From Vulcanimicrobiota bacterium (GTDB taxonomy: Bacteria; Vulcanimicrobiota; Vulcanimicrobiia; Eremiobacterales; Eremiobacteraceae), in NCBI GenBank assembly GCA_963812135.1, contig CAWETU010000005.1:32001-96000 (forward strand): a DNA stretch of 64,000 nt, in the 5' to 3' direction. Below, piece after piece: positions 46,978 to 55,170 of this stretch. Below the pieces are notes generated by a model. The model was not told where the DNA came from, made no database searches, and worked only from the letters and a program-made list of their open reading frames with translations. Each line of letters begins with the position of its first letter. The stretch's first letter is position 1. The position numbers and the translations under genes were made by a program.

Positions 46978-47442
46978 CTACTGTCCGATCAACGCGGCGT
47001 GGATCCCCGAGCTCTGGCAATAACGGATGCCGGTGGTCGCGCCGTTGAAGTCGGGCAGCTGGGAGAGCGTGTCGGTCTCGTGGTTGTCGCCATCAATGAT
47101 CTTATATGCGTCGAGTGCCAGACACACGCCGTTTCCCGGCACGCGATAGTGGTACGATCCGCCGGCCGGGTCCACTGGCGTCACCGTCATGTATGGATTG
47201 TTGGGGCCGCCAAAAAGCGCCGCGTCGACCGGCGCGCTGGCCGCCGGGTATTGCCCGCTGTGGTCGACGGCGTACTCCTCGAGCGCGGTCGCGATCTGCT
47301 TCAGGTTCCCCTCGCAGGAGACGGTCTGCGCTTGCGCTCGCGCGTGCAAGTAATTTGGGATGAGGATAGCCGCGAGAATCGCGATGATCGCGACCACGAT
47401 GAGGAGTTCGAGAAGCGTAAAGCCACGAACAGCCCTATTCAT
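46978..47442 (-). CDS. Type IV pilin/GspG-like prepilin
   Basis: RG|FTLLELLIVVAIIAILAAILIPNY and NLKQIATALEEY. Confidence 0.9.
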   Translation of the reverse strand: MNRAVRGFTLLELLIVVAIIAILAAILIPNYLHARAQAQTVSCEGNLKQIATALEEYAVDHSGQYPAASAPVDAALFGGPNNPYMTVTPVDPAGGSYHYRVPGNGVCLALDAYKIIDGDNHETDTLSQLPDFNGATTGIRYCQSSGIHAALIGQ

Positions 47443-47477
47443 GCACCTACGTTATATGATATCGCGAGCGCGCGAGA

Positions 47478-47909
47478 ATGAGCGCTGGATTGGAGAATGC
47501 GATGGCGGACATTAAGAAAACCGACGAAGAGTGGCGTCAGTCACTCACGCCCGAGCAGTACCAGGTGTTGCGCTGCGCCGGCACCGAGCGCCCCTTCACC
47601 GGCGCGCTGCTCCACAACAAAAATCAAGGCACGTATACGTGCGCGGCGTGCGGCAACGAGCTGTTCGCCTCGGGCACCAAGTTTGATTCCGGCAGCGGCT
47701 GGCCAAGCTTCACCGAGCCCGCCAATACCGCCAACGTCACCCTGATCGACGACGACAGCCACGGGATGCACCGCGTCGAGGTGCGCTGCAAGCGCTGCGG
47801 TTCTCACTTAGGACATGTGTTCGACGACGGACCCGGCCCGACCGGGCAACGTTATTGCATCAACTCGCTCGCGCTGGACTTCAAAGGCGCCGGAGACAAG
47901 CCGGACTAG
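47478..47909 (+). CDS. msrB: Peptide-methionine (R)-S-oxide reductase
   Basis: GTERPF, CAAC, KFDSGSGWPSF, CKRC, HLGHVF and RYCINS. Confidence 0.97.
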   Translation: MSAGLENAMADIKKTDEEWRQSLTPEQYQVLRCAGTERPFTGALLHNKNQGTYTCAACGNELFASGTKFDSGSGWPSFTEPANTANVTLIDDDSHGMHRVEVRCKRCGSHLGHVFDDGPGPTGQRYCINSLALDFKGAGDKPD

Positions 47910-47913
47910 CGAC

Positions 47914-48501
47914 GTGCCTGAGAAGAACACGCGCTATGGCGAAGCCACCGACGTCAGCGCTCTCAAAGTGTTGCTCATCTTTCTCGCGGCGGTGGTCGTC
48001 ACGATCGTCCTGCTCGGAGTGTGGATGCTCGCGCTGCACAACAAAGGCAGCCGGCCAGACTACCGCGATCAGAGCCGGGTCACCGTCATCAACGACGCCA
48101 CCGATCGAGCACAGCTCGATGCGATGCGCAGATCAGGCGTTGATCTTTCAAGGCCGGTGACAATGACGCATTTGCTCTACGTGCCGAGCGAAGGCTTCGC
48201 GCAAGATGCCGAAGACTCGCTGCGGGGCGACTACACCGTGACCATCGAGAAAGCGGTGCCCGCGCGCCCGGATCGCGAATGGCTCGTCATCGCGATGCGG
48301 ACAACGGTGCCGACGATGGATTACTTGCGCCAGTCCCGCTTGCAATTCGAGGATCTGGCGATCAAGTCGGGCGGCGATTACGCCGGATGGGCAATCGCGA
48401 AGCAGCGCCTCAACATCCGCGCTGTGAAAAAAGCGGAAGCTGACGTTCCAATGGGTACAGGAGCAACAAGAATCTCCTCGGTACGGCTTCTGACCTCTTA
48501 G
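47914..48501 (+). CDS. Membrane-anchored RraB-like domain protein
   Basis: N-terminal TM; AMRRSGVDLSRPVTMTHLLY...LAIKSGGDYAGW resembles RraB (G.DLS....EH; GG.YDGW). Confidence 0.6.
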   Translation: MPEKNTRYGEATDVSALKVLLIFLAAVVVTIVLLGVWMLALHNKGSRPDYRDQSRVTVINDATDRAQLDAMRRSGVDLSRPVTMTHLLYVPSEGFAQDAEDSLRGDYTVTIEKAVPARPDREWLVIAMRTTVPTMDYLRQSRLQFEDLAIKSGGDYAGWAIAKQRLNIRAVKKAEADVPMGTGATRISSVRLLTS

Positions 48502-48531
48502 GCCTACGCATCCTTCTGAGGGGAGAGCGAC

Positions 48532-49353
48532 ATGGCTGACATCAAGCGGAGTGAATTCGTCAAACTGGTCAGCGTGCTTGGCGCGACCGCCGCGCTGACC
48601 ACGGACTGCGCGCAGAAGACGCCTTCAGGCAGCACGCCGTCTGGCGCGGTCGCGCAAGCGCCGGCGCAAACGAAAACGCCCGTCACCGAACCCGAAGCGT
48701 TTGAGTTTCTCAGCTCGACGGAGCAGGCGTTCATCGCGGCAGCGTGCGATCGCATCATCCCCGCCGATCCGCCCGGCCCGAGCGCGACCGCTGCTGGCGT
48801 GCCGTATTACATCGATCACCAGTTGGCCGGCGCGTGGGGCAACGGCGCCAGGCTCTACCGCCAAGGCCCGTGGCAAGCCGGCACTCCCGAGCAAGGCTAT
48901 CAGCTCGCGATGATCCCGCAGCAAGTATATCGCACCGCGATCCGCGCGATCGACGTGTATTGCACCAAGCAATTCAGCGGAAATTTCGCCGGTCTTACCA
49001 CTGCGCAACAGGACCAAGTGCTCTCAGGCCTCGAGAAGGGCACGATAGACCTTGGCGTGGTGCCGGCTGCGACGTTCTTCGCGATGTTGCTCGCCAACAC
49101 GATCGAAGGGTACTTCGCGGATCCGATGTACGGCGGCAACCGCGACAAAGCGGGTTGGGTGATGATCGGCTTTCCGGGCGTCGCAGCCGTGTACACCAAC
49201 CTCATCGATCAGAACGACAATAAAGCGTACGTCGTACCTCCGATCAGCATCTCTGACGTGGAACAAGGTCTGGTGCGCGACGACATGGACCAGGGTCATG
49301 TCGCGCTGGTGCGCCCCATGCACCCGGCTGCGCACGGCGCGAAGGGACGGTAG
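48532..49353 (+). CDS. Gluconate 2-dehydrogenase subunit 3 family protein
   Basis: DRIIPAD, YIDHQLAG, QQDQVL and EGYFADPMYGGNRDKAGWVMIGFPG. Confidence 0.93.
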   Translation: MADIKRSEFVKLVSVLGATAALTTDCAQKTPSGSTPSGAVAQAPAQTKTPVTEPEAFEFLSSTEQAFIAAACDRIIPADPPGPSATAAGVPYYIDHQLAGAWGNGARLYRQGPWQAGTPEQGYQLAMIPQQVYRTAIRAIDVYCTKQFSGNFAGLTTAQQDQVLSGLEKGTIDLGVVPAATFFAMLLANTIEGYFADPMYGGNRDKAGWVMIGFPGVAAVYTNLIDQNDNKAYVVPPISISDVEQGLVRDDMDQGHVALVRPMHPAAHGAKGR

Positions 49354-49359
49354 GCGAGC

Positions 49360-51120
49360 ATGGCTACGAAACTCAAATCCGTCGACGCGCTCACGATCGG
49401 CGTGGGCTGGACCGGCGGCATCGTCGCGGCCGAACTCACCAAGGCCGGCATGCACGTCGTTGGACTGGAGCGCGGCGAGTATCGCAACACGTCGCCCGAT
49501 TTCCAGGTGCCACAGATCCACGATGAATTGTCGTATGCTGTCAGGCTTCGGCTGATGCAAGACGCAGCGGTCGAGACCGTCACGTTTCGCAACGACGCGA
49601 GCCAGACCGCGTTGCCGCTGCGCTACCTGATCTCGTTTTTGCCGGGCATCGGGCTCGGCGGTGCCGGCGTTCATTGGAACGGCACGACGTGGCGCTTCCT
49701 CCCCTGGGACTTCGAGACGCGCAGCCGCACCATCGCGCGCTACGGCTCCTCGATGCTCAGCCCCGACTGCACCAGTCAGGATTGGGGGATCACCTACGAC
49801 GAGCTCGAGCCGTACTACGACCGCTTCGAATACCAGGCCGGCATCGCAGGCAAAGCAGGCAATATCAAAGGCAAGGTCCAGGCAGGCGGCAATCCGTTCG
49901 AAGGCCCGCGTTCGCGTGAGTATCCGAATCCGCCGATGAGGGTCGCGTACGCGAGCAAGCTCTTCCGTGACGCGACGACGAAACTCGGCTATCACCCGTT
50001 CATCATGCCGTCGGCCAACGTCACGCGCGGGTATACGAACCCCGACGGCGCCACGTTTGGCGCGTGCGCGTATTGCGGCTATTGCGAGCGGTTCGCGTGC
50101 GAGATGTACGCGAAATCGAGCCCGCAGCTCGCTGTGCTTCCGGTCGCGATGAAGACCGGCCGCTACGATCTGCGCCTTGGCGTCAACGTCGTCAAGATCA
50201 ATCTCGACAGCGCAAAGCGGCGCGCGGTGAGCGTCACTTATGTCGACGGCGCGGGCCGCGAATTCGAGCAGCCGGCGGACATGATCTTCTTGACGTCGTT
50301 CATCTTCAACAACGTGCGGCTCTTGCTGGTGTCGGGCATCGGCACGCCGTACGATGCGCGCACCGGCGCAGGCGTTATCGGGCGCAACTACGCGTATCAG
50401 GCGAACACCGGCGCGAGCTATTTCTTTGACGACCAGACCTTCAACCCGTTCATGGGCGCGGGCGCGAACGGCATGGTCTTCGACGATTTCAACGGCGACA
50501 ATTTCAATCACGCCGGGCTCGGCTTCATCGGCGGCGCCGATATCAGCGTTAACCCGACCGGCGGGCGGCCGATCCAATACCATCCGGTGCCGGCGGGTAC
50601 GCCGGGCTGGGGCGCGGCCTGGAAACAAGCCGTCGCGAAATGGTACAGCCATGCGTTCAACGTCAACGCGCAGGGCGGCGTGCAGTCGTATCGCGGCAAC
50701 TACCTCGATCTCGATCCGACGTATCGCGACGCGTATGGTCTGCCGCTGCTGCGCATGACGTTCGATTGGGGTCCCAGCGAACACAAGCAGTCCGAATACA
50801 TGGCGGGCGTGTTGACCAAACTCGGCAAGGCGCTCGGCGCGAGTCAGATGCAAGCCCGCCCCATCACCAAGCGCTACACGACGCAGGCATATCAAAGCAC
50901 GCATAACACGGGCGGCGCGATCATGGGCTCGGATCCGAGCACGAGCGCGGTCAACAAGTATCTGCAGAGCTGGGATGTGTCTAATCTTTTCGTGTTAGGC
51001 GCAAGCTCGTTTCCACAGAACGCGGGTTATAACCCGACCGGCACGGTCGGTGGGCTCGCATACCATACGACCGATGCGGTGCTCAAGCGCTACATCAAGA
51101 AACCCGGACCGCTCGTCTGA
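49360..51120 (+). CDS. Gluconate 2-dehydrogenase-like GMC flavoprotein
   Basis: IGVGWTG, LERG, GGAGVHWNG, CAYCGYC, HNTGGAIMG and NPTGT. Confidence 0.92.
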   Translation: MATKLKSVDALTIGVGWTGGIVAAELTKAGMHVVGLERGEYRNTSPDFQVPQIHDELSYAVRLRLMQDAAVETVTFRNDASQTALPLRYLISFLPGIGLGGAGVHWNGTTWRFLPWDFETRSRTIARYGSSMLSPDCTSQDWGITYDELEPYYDRFEYQAGIAGKAGNIKGKVQAGGNPFEGPRSREYPNPPMRVAYASKLFRDATTKLGYHPFIMPSANVTRGYTNPDGATFGACAYCGYCERFACEMYAKSSPQLAVLPVAMKTGRYDLRLGVNVVKINLDSAKRRAVSVTYVDGAGREFEQPADMIFLTSFIFNNVRLLLVSGIGTPYDARTGAGVIGRNYAYQANTGASYFFDDQTFNPFMGAGANGMVFDDFNGDNFNHAGLGFIGGADISVNPTGGRPIQYHPVPAGTPGWGAAWKQAVAKWYSHAFNVNAQGGVQSYRGNYLDLDPTYRDAYGLPLLRMTFDWGPSEHKQSEYMAGVLTKLGKALGASQMQARPITKRYTTQAYQSTHNTGGAIMGSDPSTSAVNKYLQSWDVSNLFVLGASSFPQNAGYNPTGTVGGLAYHTTDAVLKRYIKKPGPLV

Positions 51121-51174
51121 ACCATCCCTCTAGCACAGGTTTTGCTCATCTGGTGACCCAACGTTTAGCGCGCT

Positions 51175-51259
51175 GGAGGGATGGCTGAGTGGTTGATAGC
51201 GACGGCCTTGAAAGCCGTTAGGCCGAAAGGTCTCGTGGGTTCAAATCCCACTCCCTCCT
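51175..51259 (+). tRNA. tRNA-Ser(UGA), CCA not encoded
   Basis: Acceptor GGAGGGA/TCCCTCC; anticodon arm ACGGC-CTTGAAA-GCCGT; long variable arm; T arm GTGGG-TTCAAAT-CCCAC. Confidence 0.95.
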
Positions 51260-51260
51260 G

Positions 51261-51539
51261 ATGCCACGCCTCCACCTGCGGCTGCGCGGTCGCGTTCAAG
51301 GCGTCTTCTTCCGCACGAGCGCGGTGGAGCAAGCGCGCAACCTCGGGCTCACCGGCTGGATCCGCAACCGCTTCGATGGCAGCATCGAGATGATCGCCGA
51401 GGGGAACGCTGATTCGATCGCCGTCATGCGCTCGTGGTGTGCGCACGGGCCGGCTGGCGCGAACGTTCGCGACGTTGAAGAGCTCAAAGCAAGCGCTACC
51501 GGCGAGTTCGTCGAGTTCCGCGTTCGTTCAGACGCGTAA
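51261..51539 (+). CDS. acyP: Acylphosphatase
   Basis: GRVQGVFFR, GWIRNRFDGSIE and HGP. Confidence 0.95.
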   Translation: MPRLHLRLRGRVQGVFFRTSAVEQARNLGLTGWIRNRFDGSIEMIAEGNADSIAVMRSWCAHGPAGANVRDVEELKASATGEFVEFRVRSDA

Positions 51540-52143
51540 GATCGACCGGCGTATCGACGTCGTCGAACGCGTCGATGTCGAGAGCATCCACAAATACCAG
51601 CCGCTGTTTCTGGGCGGCGGCGTATCGTTTGGCGCCGCGGTCCCCCTTTAGGCGCGCGAGCGCGGCGAAATCTTTGCGCGGGAACAGCACCGGCGCGCCC
51701 CACACGCCTGCTGCGCGCAGCGCCACGACCGCCGTCGCGCTCCCGGCGCCCATCATGCGATCGAGGTCCGCTGAAATCACGAAGGGCTGATCACCCAGCA
51801 TGATGATGCACGCGTCGTCATTGCGGTGCGCGCGCAGACCGCACCGGATCGACGAGGCGATGCCCGCGCGCCACTCGTCGTTGACCGCGATGCTGCAGCG
51901 TCGCGCGTCTACGCCAGCGAGCACCGATCCGGCGTGCGCACCGAGTACGAGCGTGCAGGTCGACGCCGACGACCCGCACGCGGCGTCGATCGCCCGCTGC
52001 AGCAGCGGATCGCGACCGAGGAGCGCGACGAGTTTGCCCGGCCTCGAGCCGGCGCGACCCGGTGCGGAGCGTTTCGCGGCACCACGCTCGAAGCGCCGGC
52101 CTGCGCCAGCCGCCAGCACGATGCAGCCGATGCGGGAAGTCAG
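51496..52143 (-). CDS. MocA/YgfJ-like molybdenum cofactor nucleotidyltransferase (probable CTG start)
   Basis: IVLAAG...RF...K, GIASSIRCG, LGDQP, PVLF, GDRGA and DVDTP. Confidence 0.87.
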   Translation of the reverse strand: MTSRIGCIVLAAGAGRRFERGAAKRSAPGRAGSRPGKLVALLGRDPLLQRAIDAACGSSASTCTLVLGAHAGSVLAGVDARRCSIAVNDEWRAGIASSIRCGLRAHRNDDACIIMLGDQPFVISADLDRMMGAGSATAVVALRAAGVWGAPVLFPRKDFAALARLKGDRGAKRYAAAQKQRLVFVDALDIDAFDDVDTPVDLTRLNERGTRRTRR

Positions 52144-52919
52144 CGCAGCCTCCAGCGCTTCGTCTGCGCCGTTTGCGAGGCAGCGACGAGCGCGCTCAGC
52201 TCGACGTCAGCCAACGCGGCGGCTAACGCCGTCACCCGTGGATCCTCCGGTCCGCTGTCTACCTTATTGATGAGCACCGCGAACCTCGCTTCTTCGTCCA
52301 CGTCGGCGCACCGAGTCTCGTATTCGCGTACGATGGCGGCGACGTGCTCTGGGCGCAGGGCCGCGCCCATCGGCGCGCCGCTGAGCGCTGCGATCCGCTC
52401 AGGGCGGTGCAGATGCTCCTCCTCGATCGGTGCGCCGAGCGCGTCGAGTCCGATCACGACGACAAGCAACGTCGTCGTCGACGCAAGCACGGGTTCGTGT
52501 TCCGCGGGCGCCTTGAACGGCTTCATGCGCGCACCATCAGCTTCGTTGACGACATAACGCGCGCCGCAACGGAAGAACAGCTCGTCGGCGATCTCCGGCG
52601 ACACCGAGCGCAAACGTCCTTCGCGAACACCCGAACCGACAGCGATCAGCTTGGAGCGCACGAAAGCCGCAGCGACCAGCTCGTGCAGCGAACGATCGGG
52701 CAACGGCGCTTCCCAGTCGACCAGCGGCACGTCCGCCGGCGGCGCACCGGCCTTCGTCGTCGTCGTGACGATCGTCGGCCCGGCGCCTGAGAGCTCGCGC
52801 GCGAGCGACCACAGCGTCGTCGTCTTGCCGCCGCCCCCTACGAGCGCGACGTGCTCGCTCGGGCCGAGACCGAATGCGTCAGTCCACGAACGGCACGGTT
52901 CGAGCGTCTGCATCGTCAC
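52140..52919 (-). CDS. yqeC: Selenium-dependent molybdenum hydroxylase accessory protein YqeC
   Basis: ALVGGGGKTT, VTTTTK, EADGARMKPFKAPAEHEP, HRPE and LINK. Confidence 0.88.
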   Translation of the reverse strand: MTMQTLEPCRSWTDAFGLGPSEHVALVGGGGKTTTLWSLARELSGAGPTIVTTTTKAGAPPADVPLVDWEAPLPDRSLHELVAAAFVRSKLIAVGSGVREGRLRSVSPEIADELFFRCGARYVVNEADGARMKPFKAPAEHEPVLASTTTLLVVVIGLDALGAPIEEEHLHRPERIAALSGAPMGAALRPEHVAAIVREYETRCADVDEEARFAVLINKVDSGPEDPRVTALAAALADVELSALVAASQTAQTKRWRLR

Positions 52920-53698
52920 GGCGCGAAGTTCTTGAGGACGTCCGTCATCGCGTCGTGGATCGCGCCGTTGCTCGCCACGATCTGACGTCCATCGAGCGCC
53001 ATCGGGCCGCCGCGATAATCGCTCACGCGACCGCCAGCCTGCTCGACGATGAGCGCACCAGCCGCGATATCCCACGCGTGCAAGTCCGGCTCCCAGAATC
53101 CGTCGAACCGGCCTGCGGCGACGTAGCACAGATCGAGCGCCGCCGATCCGTCGCGCCGCAGCGCCTGGCTGCGTACCATGAGTTCTTCGAACGGCGCGAG
53201 ATTCGGCGGTTCGCCGCCGGCGAATGGCGGAAACCCGGTCACCAACATCGCGTCGCGCATGTCCGCCGTCTTGGAAACGGCGATCGCGCCGCCGTTGCAG
53301 CGCGCAGCTTCGCCGCGCTGCGCGACAAACAGCTCATCGCGCATCGGATCGTACACGACGCCCAAAACGACGTCACCCTTCGATGCGAACGCGATCGAGA
53401 CCGCGAACAGCGGATAGCCGTGCGTGAAGTTGGTCGTGCCGTCGAGCGGATCGATGATCCAGCGCGCATCGCCGCCGCCGCGCAGTCCTTCTTCTTCACC
53501 AAGCACCGCGTCGCCGGGGAAGCTCGCTGCGATCTCGCGCCTGATGAGCGCTTCTGATTCCGTGTCCGCGTCGGTCACCAGATTGGAACGCACGCCTTTG
53601 GATCGGATCTGCAGATGCCGGCCGAATTTGGTTCGGAGCAACTCGCCGGCGTCACGCGCGACGCGCTCTGCGAGCGTAAGCCGTTCGGTCCACGACAT
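52916..53698 (-). CDS. suhB: Inositol monophosphatase family protein
   Basis: LVTDAD, LGEE, WIIDPLDGTTNF, GSAALDL and WDIAAG. Confidence 0.92.
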   Translation of the reverse strand: MSWTERLTLAERVARDAGELLRTKFGRHLQIRSKGVRSNLVTDADTESEALIRREIAASFPGDAVLGEEEGLRGGGDARWIIDPLDGTTNFTHGYPLFAVSIAFASKGDVVLGVVYDPMRDELFVAQRGEAARCNGGAIAVSKTADMRDAMLVTGFPPFAGGEPPNLAPFEELMVRSQALRRDGSAALDLCYVAAGRFDGFWEPDLHAWDIAAGALIVEQAGGRVSDYRGGPMALDGRQIVASNGAIHDAMTDVLKNFAP

Positions 53699-53757
53699 GC
53701 GTGCCGCTTCGCGCGCAGACAAGGTTCATCATTCACCGCGTTGAACTATGCTCGACC

Positions 53758-55086
53758 GTGCTTAAAACGCATCGCGATATCCCCACGTACGAGCTCCCTG
53801 GCCCGATCGGCGCGCGCGTCGTCGCCGCGGAGCAGCGGCTCGACACGACCGGCACGAAGACCGCGCCGATCGTCGTCAAACATGCCCGTGGCTTGATGGT
53901 CGAAGACGTCGACGGCAACGTCTTCTTGGATTTCACCAGCGGCATGGTGACCGCCACCGGCCACTGCCATCCCGACGTCCTCAAGGCGATCAACGATCAG
54001 GCGCAGTCGTGGCTGTTCATCAATAGCCCAGATTTCTATTCACCGCTGCAGGCGCGCGTCGTCGAGCGTCTCGCCAAGCTCGTGCCGGGCATCGGCGCGA
54101 AAAAAGTCTTCATGTGCAACAGCGGCACCGAGGCGAACGAAGCCGCGCTCAAGGCGACGCGCTACAACAATCCGACGCGCAAGCGGCTGATCGGCTTCAT
54201 CGGCGCGTTCCACGGCCGGACGATGGGTGCGAACTCGCTGACCGCCAGCAAAATCGCGCAACGCGCGCGCTTTAGCTCGAACATCCCCGACGTGCATCAT
54301 CTGCCGTATGCGACCTGTTACCGCTGCCCGTACAAGATGTCATACCCGAACTGCGACATCTGGTGCGCGCGCATTCTGGAGGAGCTGTATTTCAAGCAGC
54401 TCATCCCGCCCGACGAAGTGTCCGCCATCTTCGTCGAGCCCATCCAGGGCGAAGGCGGCTACATCGTGCCGCCGCCGGAGTTCATCCAGATCATCCGCGA
54501 CATCGCGCAGCGCTACGGCATCCCCTATGTGGACGATGAAGTGCAAGCCGGCATGGGCAAGACCGGCAAGATGCTCGCGATCGAGCATCACGGCGTGACC
54601 GCCAACTGCACCTCGCTCGGCAAAGCGCTCGGCTCGGGCGTCGCGGTCGCCGCACAGGTCCTCGATGCAGAGCTCGATTTCGGCGTACAGGGCGCGCACT
54701 CGAACACGTTCGGCGGCAACGGCATCGCGCTGGCCGCCGCGGACGCGACCCTTGACATCTTCGAGAAGGAACATCTCGTTGAGCGCGCCGCCGAGCTTGG
54801 CGCCTATTTCATCGGCAAGCTGCGCGAGCTGGCGCATGCACACGCGGCCATCGGCGACGTACGCGGCAAAGGCCTCATGCTCGCCATCGATTTCGTGACC
54901 GATCGGGCGTCGCGCACGCCGGACCCAGCGTTTCGCGATCGGGTCGTCGGCAATTGCTTCCGCCACGGACTGATGATCTTGCCGTGCGGCTTCTCCGCCA
55001 TCCGCTTCACGCCGGCGCTGGTCGTCGATCAAGAGCAGATCGACCACGCCATCGCCGTGCTCGACCGCTCGATCCGCGAAGCCTAG
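53758..55086 (+). CDS. Class III PLP aminotransferase (GABA/ornithine/diamine-type)
   Basis: DVDGNVFLDF, NSGTEANE, FHGRT, EPIQGEGG, DEVQAG, GK (PLP Lys) and NTFGGN. Confidence 0.92.
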   Translation: MLKTHRDIPTYELPGPIGARVVAAEQRLDTTGTKTAPIVVKHARGLMVEDVDGNVFLDFTSGMVTATGHCHPDVLKAINDQAQSWLFINSPDFYSPLQARVVERLAKLVPGIGAKKVFMCNSGTEANEAALKATRYNNPTRKRLIGFIGAFHGRTMGANSLTASKIAQRARFSSNIPDVHHLPYATCYRCPYKMSYPNCDIWCARILEELYFKQLIPPDEVSAIFVEPIQGEGGYIVPPPEFIQIIRDIAQRYGIPYVDDEVQAGMGKTGKMLAIEHHGVTANCTSLGKALGSGVAVAAQVLDAELDFGVQGAHSNTFGGNGIALAAADATLDIFEKEHLVERAAELGAYFIGKLRELAHAHAAIGDVRGKGLMLAIDFVTDRASRTPDPAFRDRVVGNCFRHGLMILPCGFSAIRFTPALVVDQEQIDHAIAVLDRSIREA

Positions 55087-55119
55087 GGCTTTCCGCATTT
55101 CGTTGGCCATGCGTCTTAG

Positions 55120-55149
55120 TTGACGCCTGAGCGAACATCCCCTTACAAT
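55120..55149 (+). promoter_or_regulatory. sigma70 promoter
   Basis: TTGACG-18 nt-TACAAT followed by GGAGG and a TTG start. Confidence 0.65.
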
Positions 55150-55170
55150 GGCTTTGGAGGACGCGCCGTT

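Noticed and set aside
51175..51540. tRNA-Ser as an integration site for an island
   Set aside because: No integrase, no duplicated tRNA 3' end and no compositional shift.
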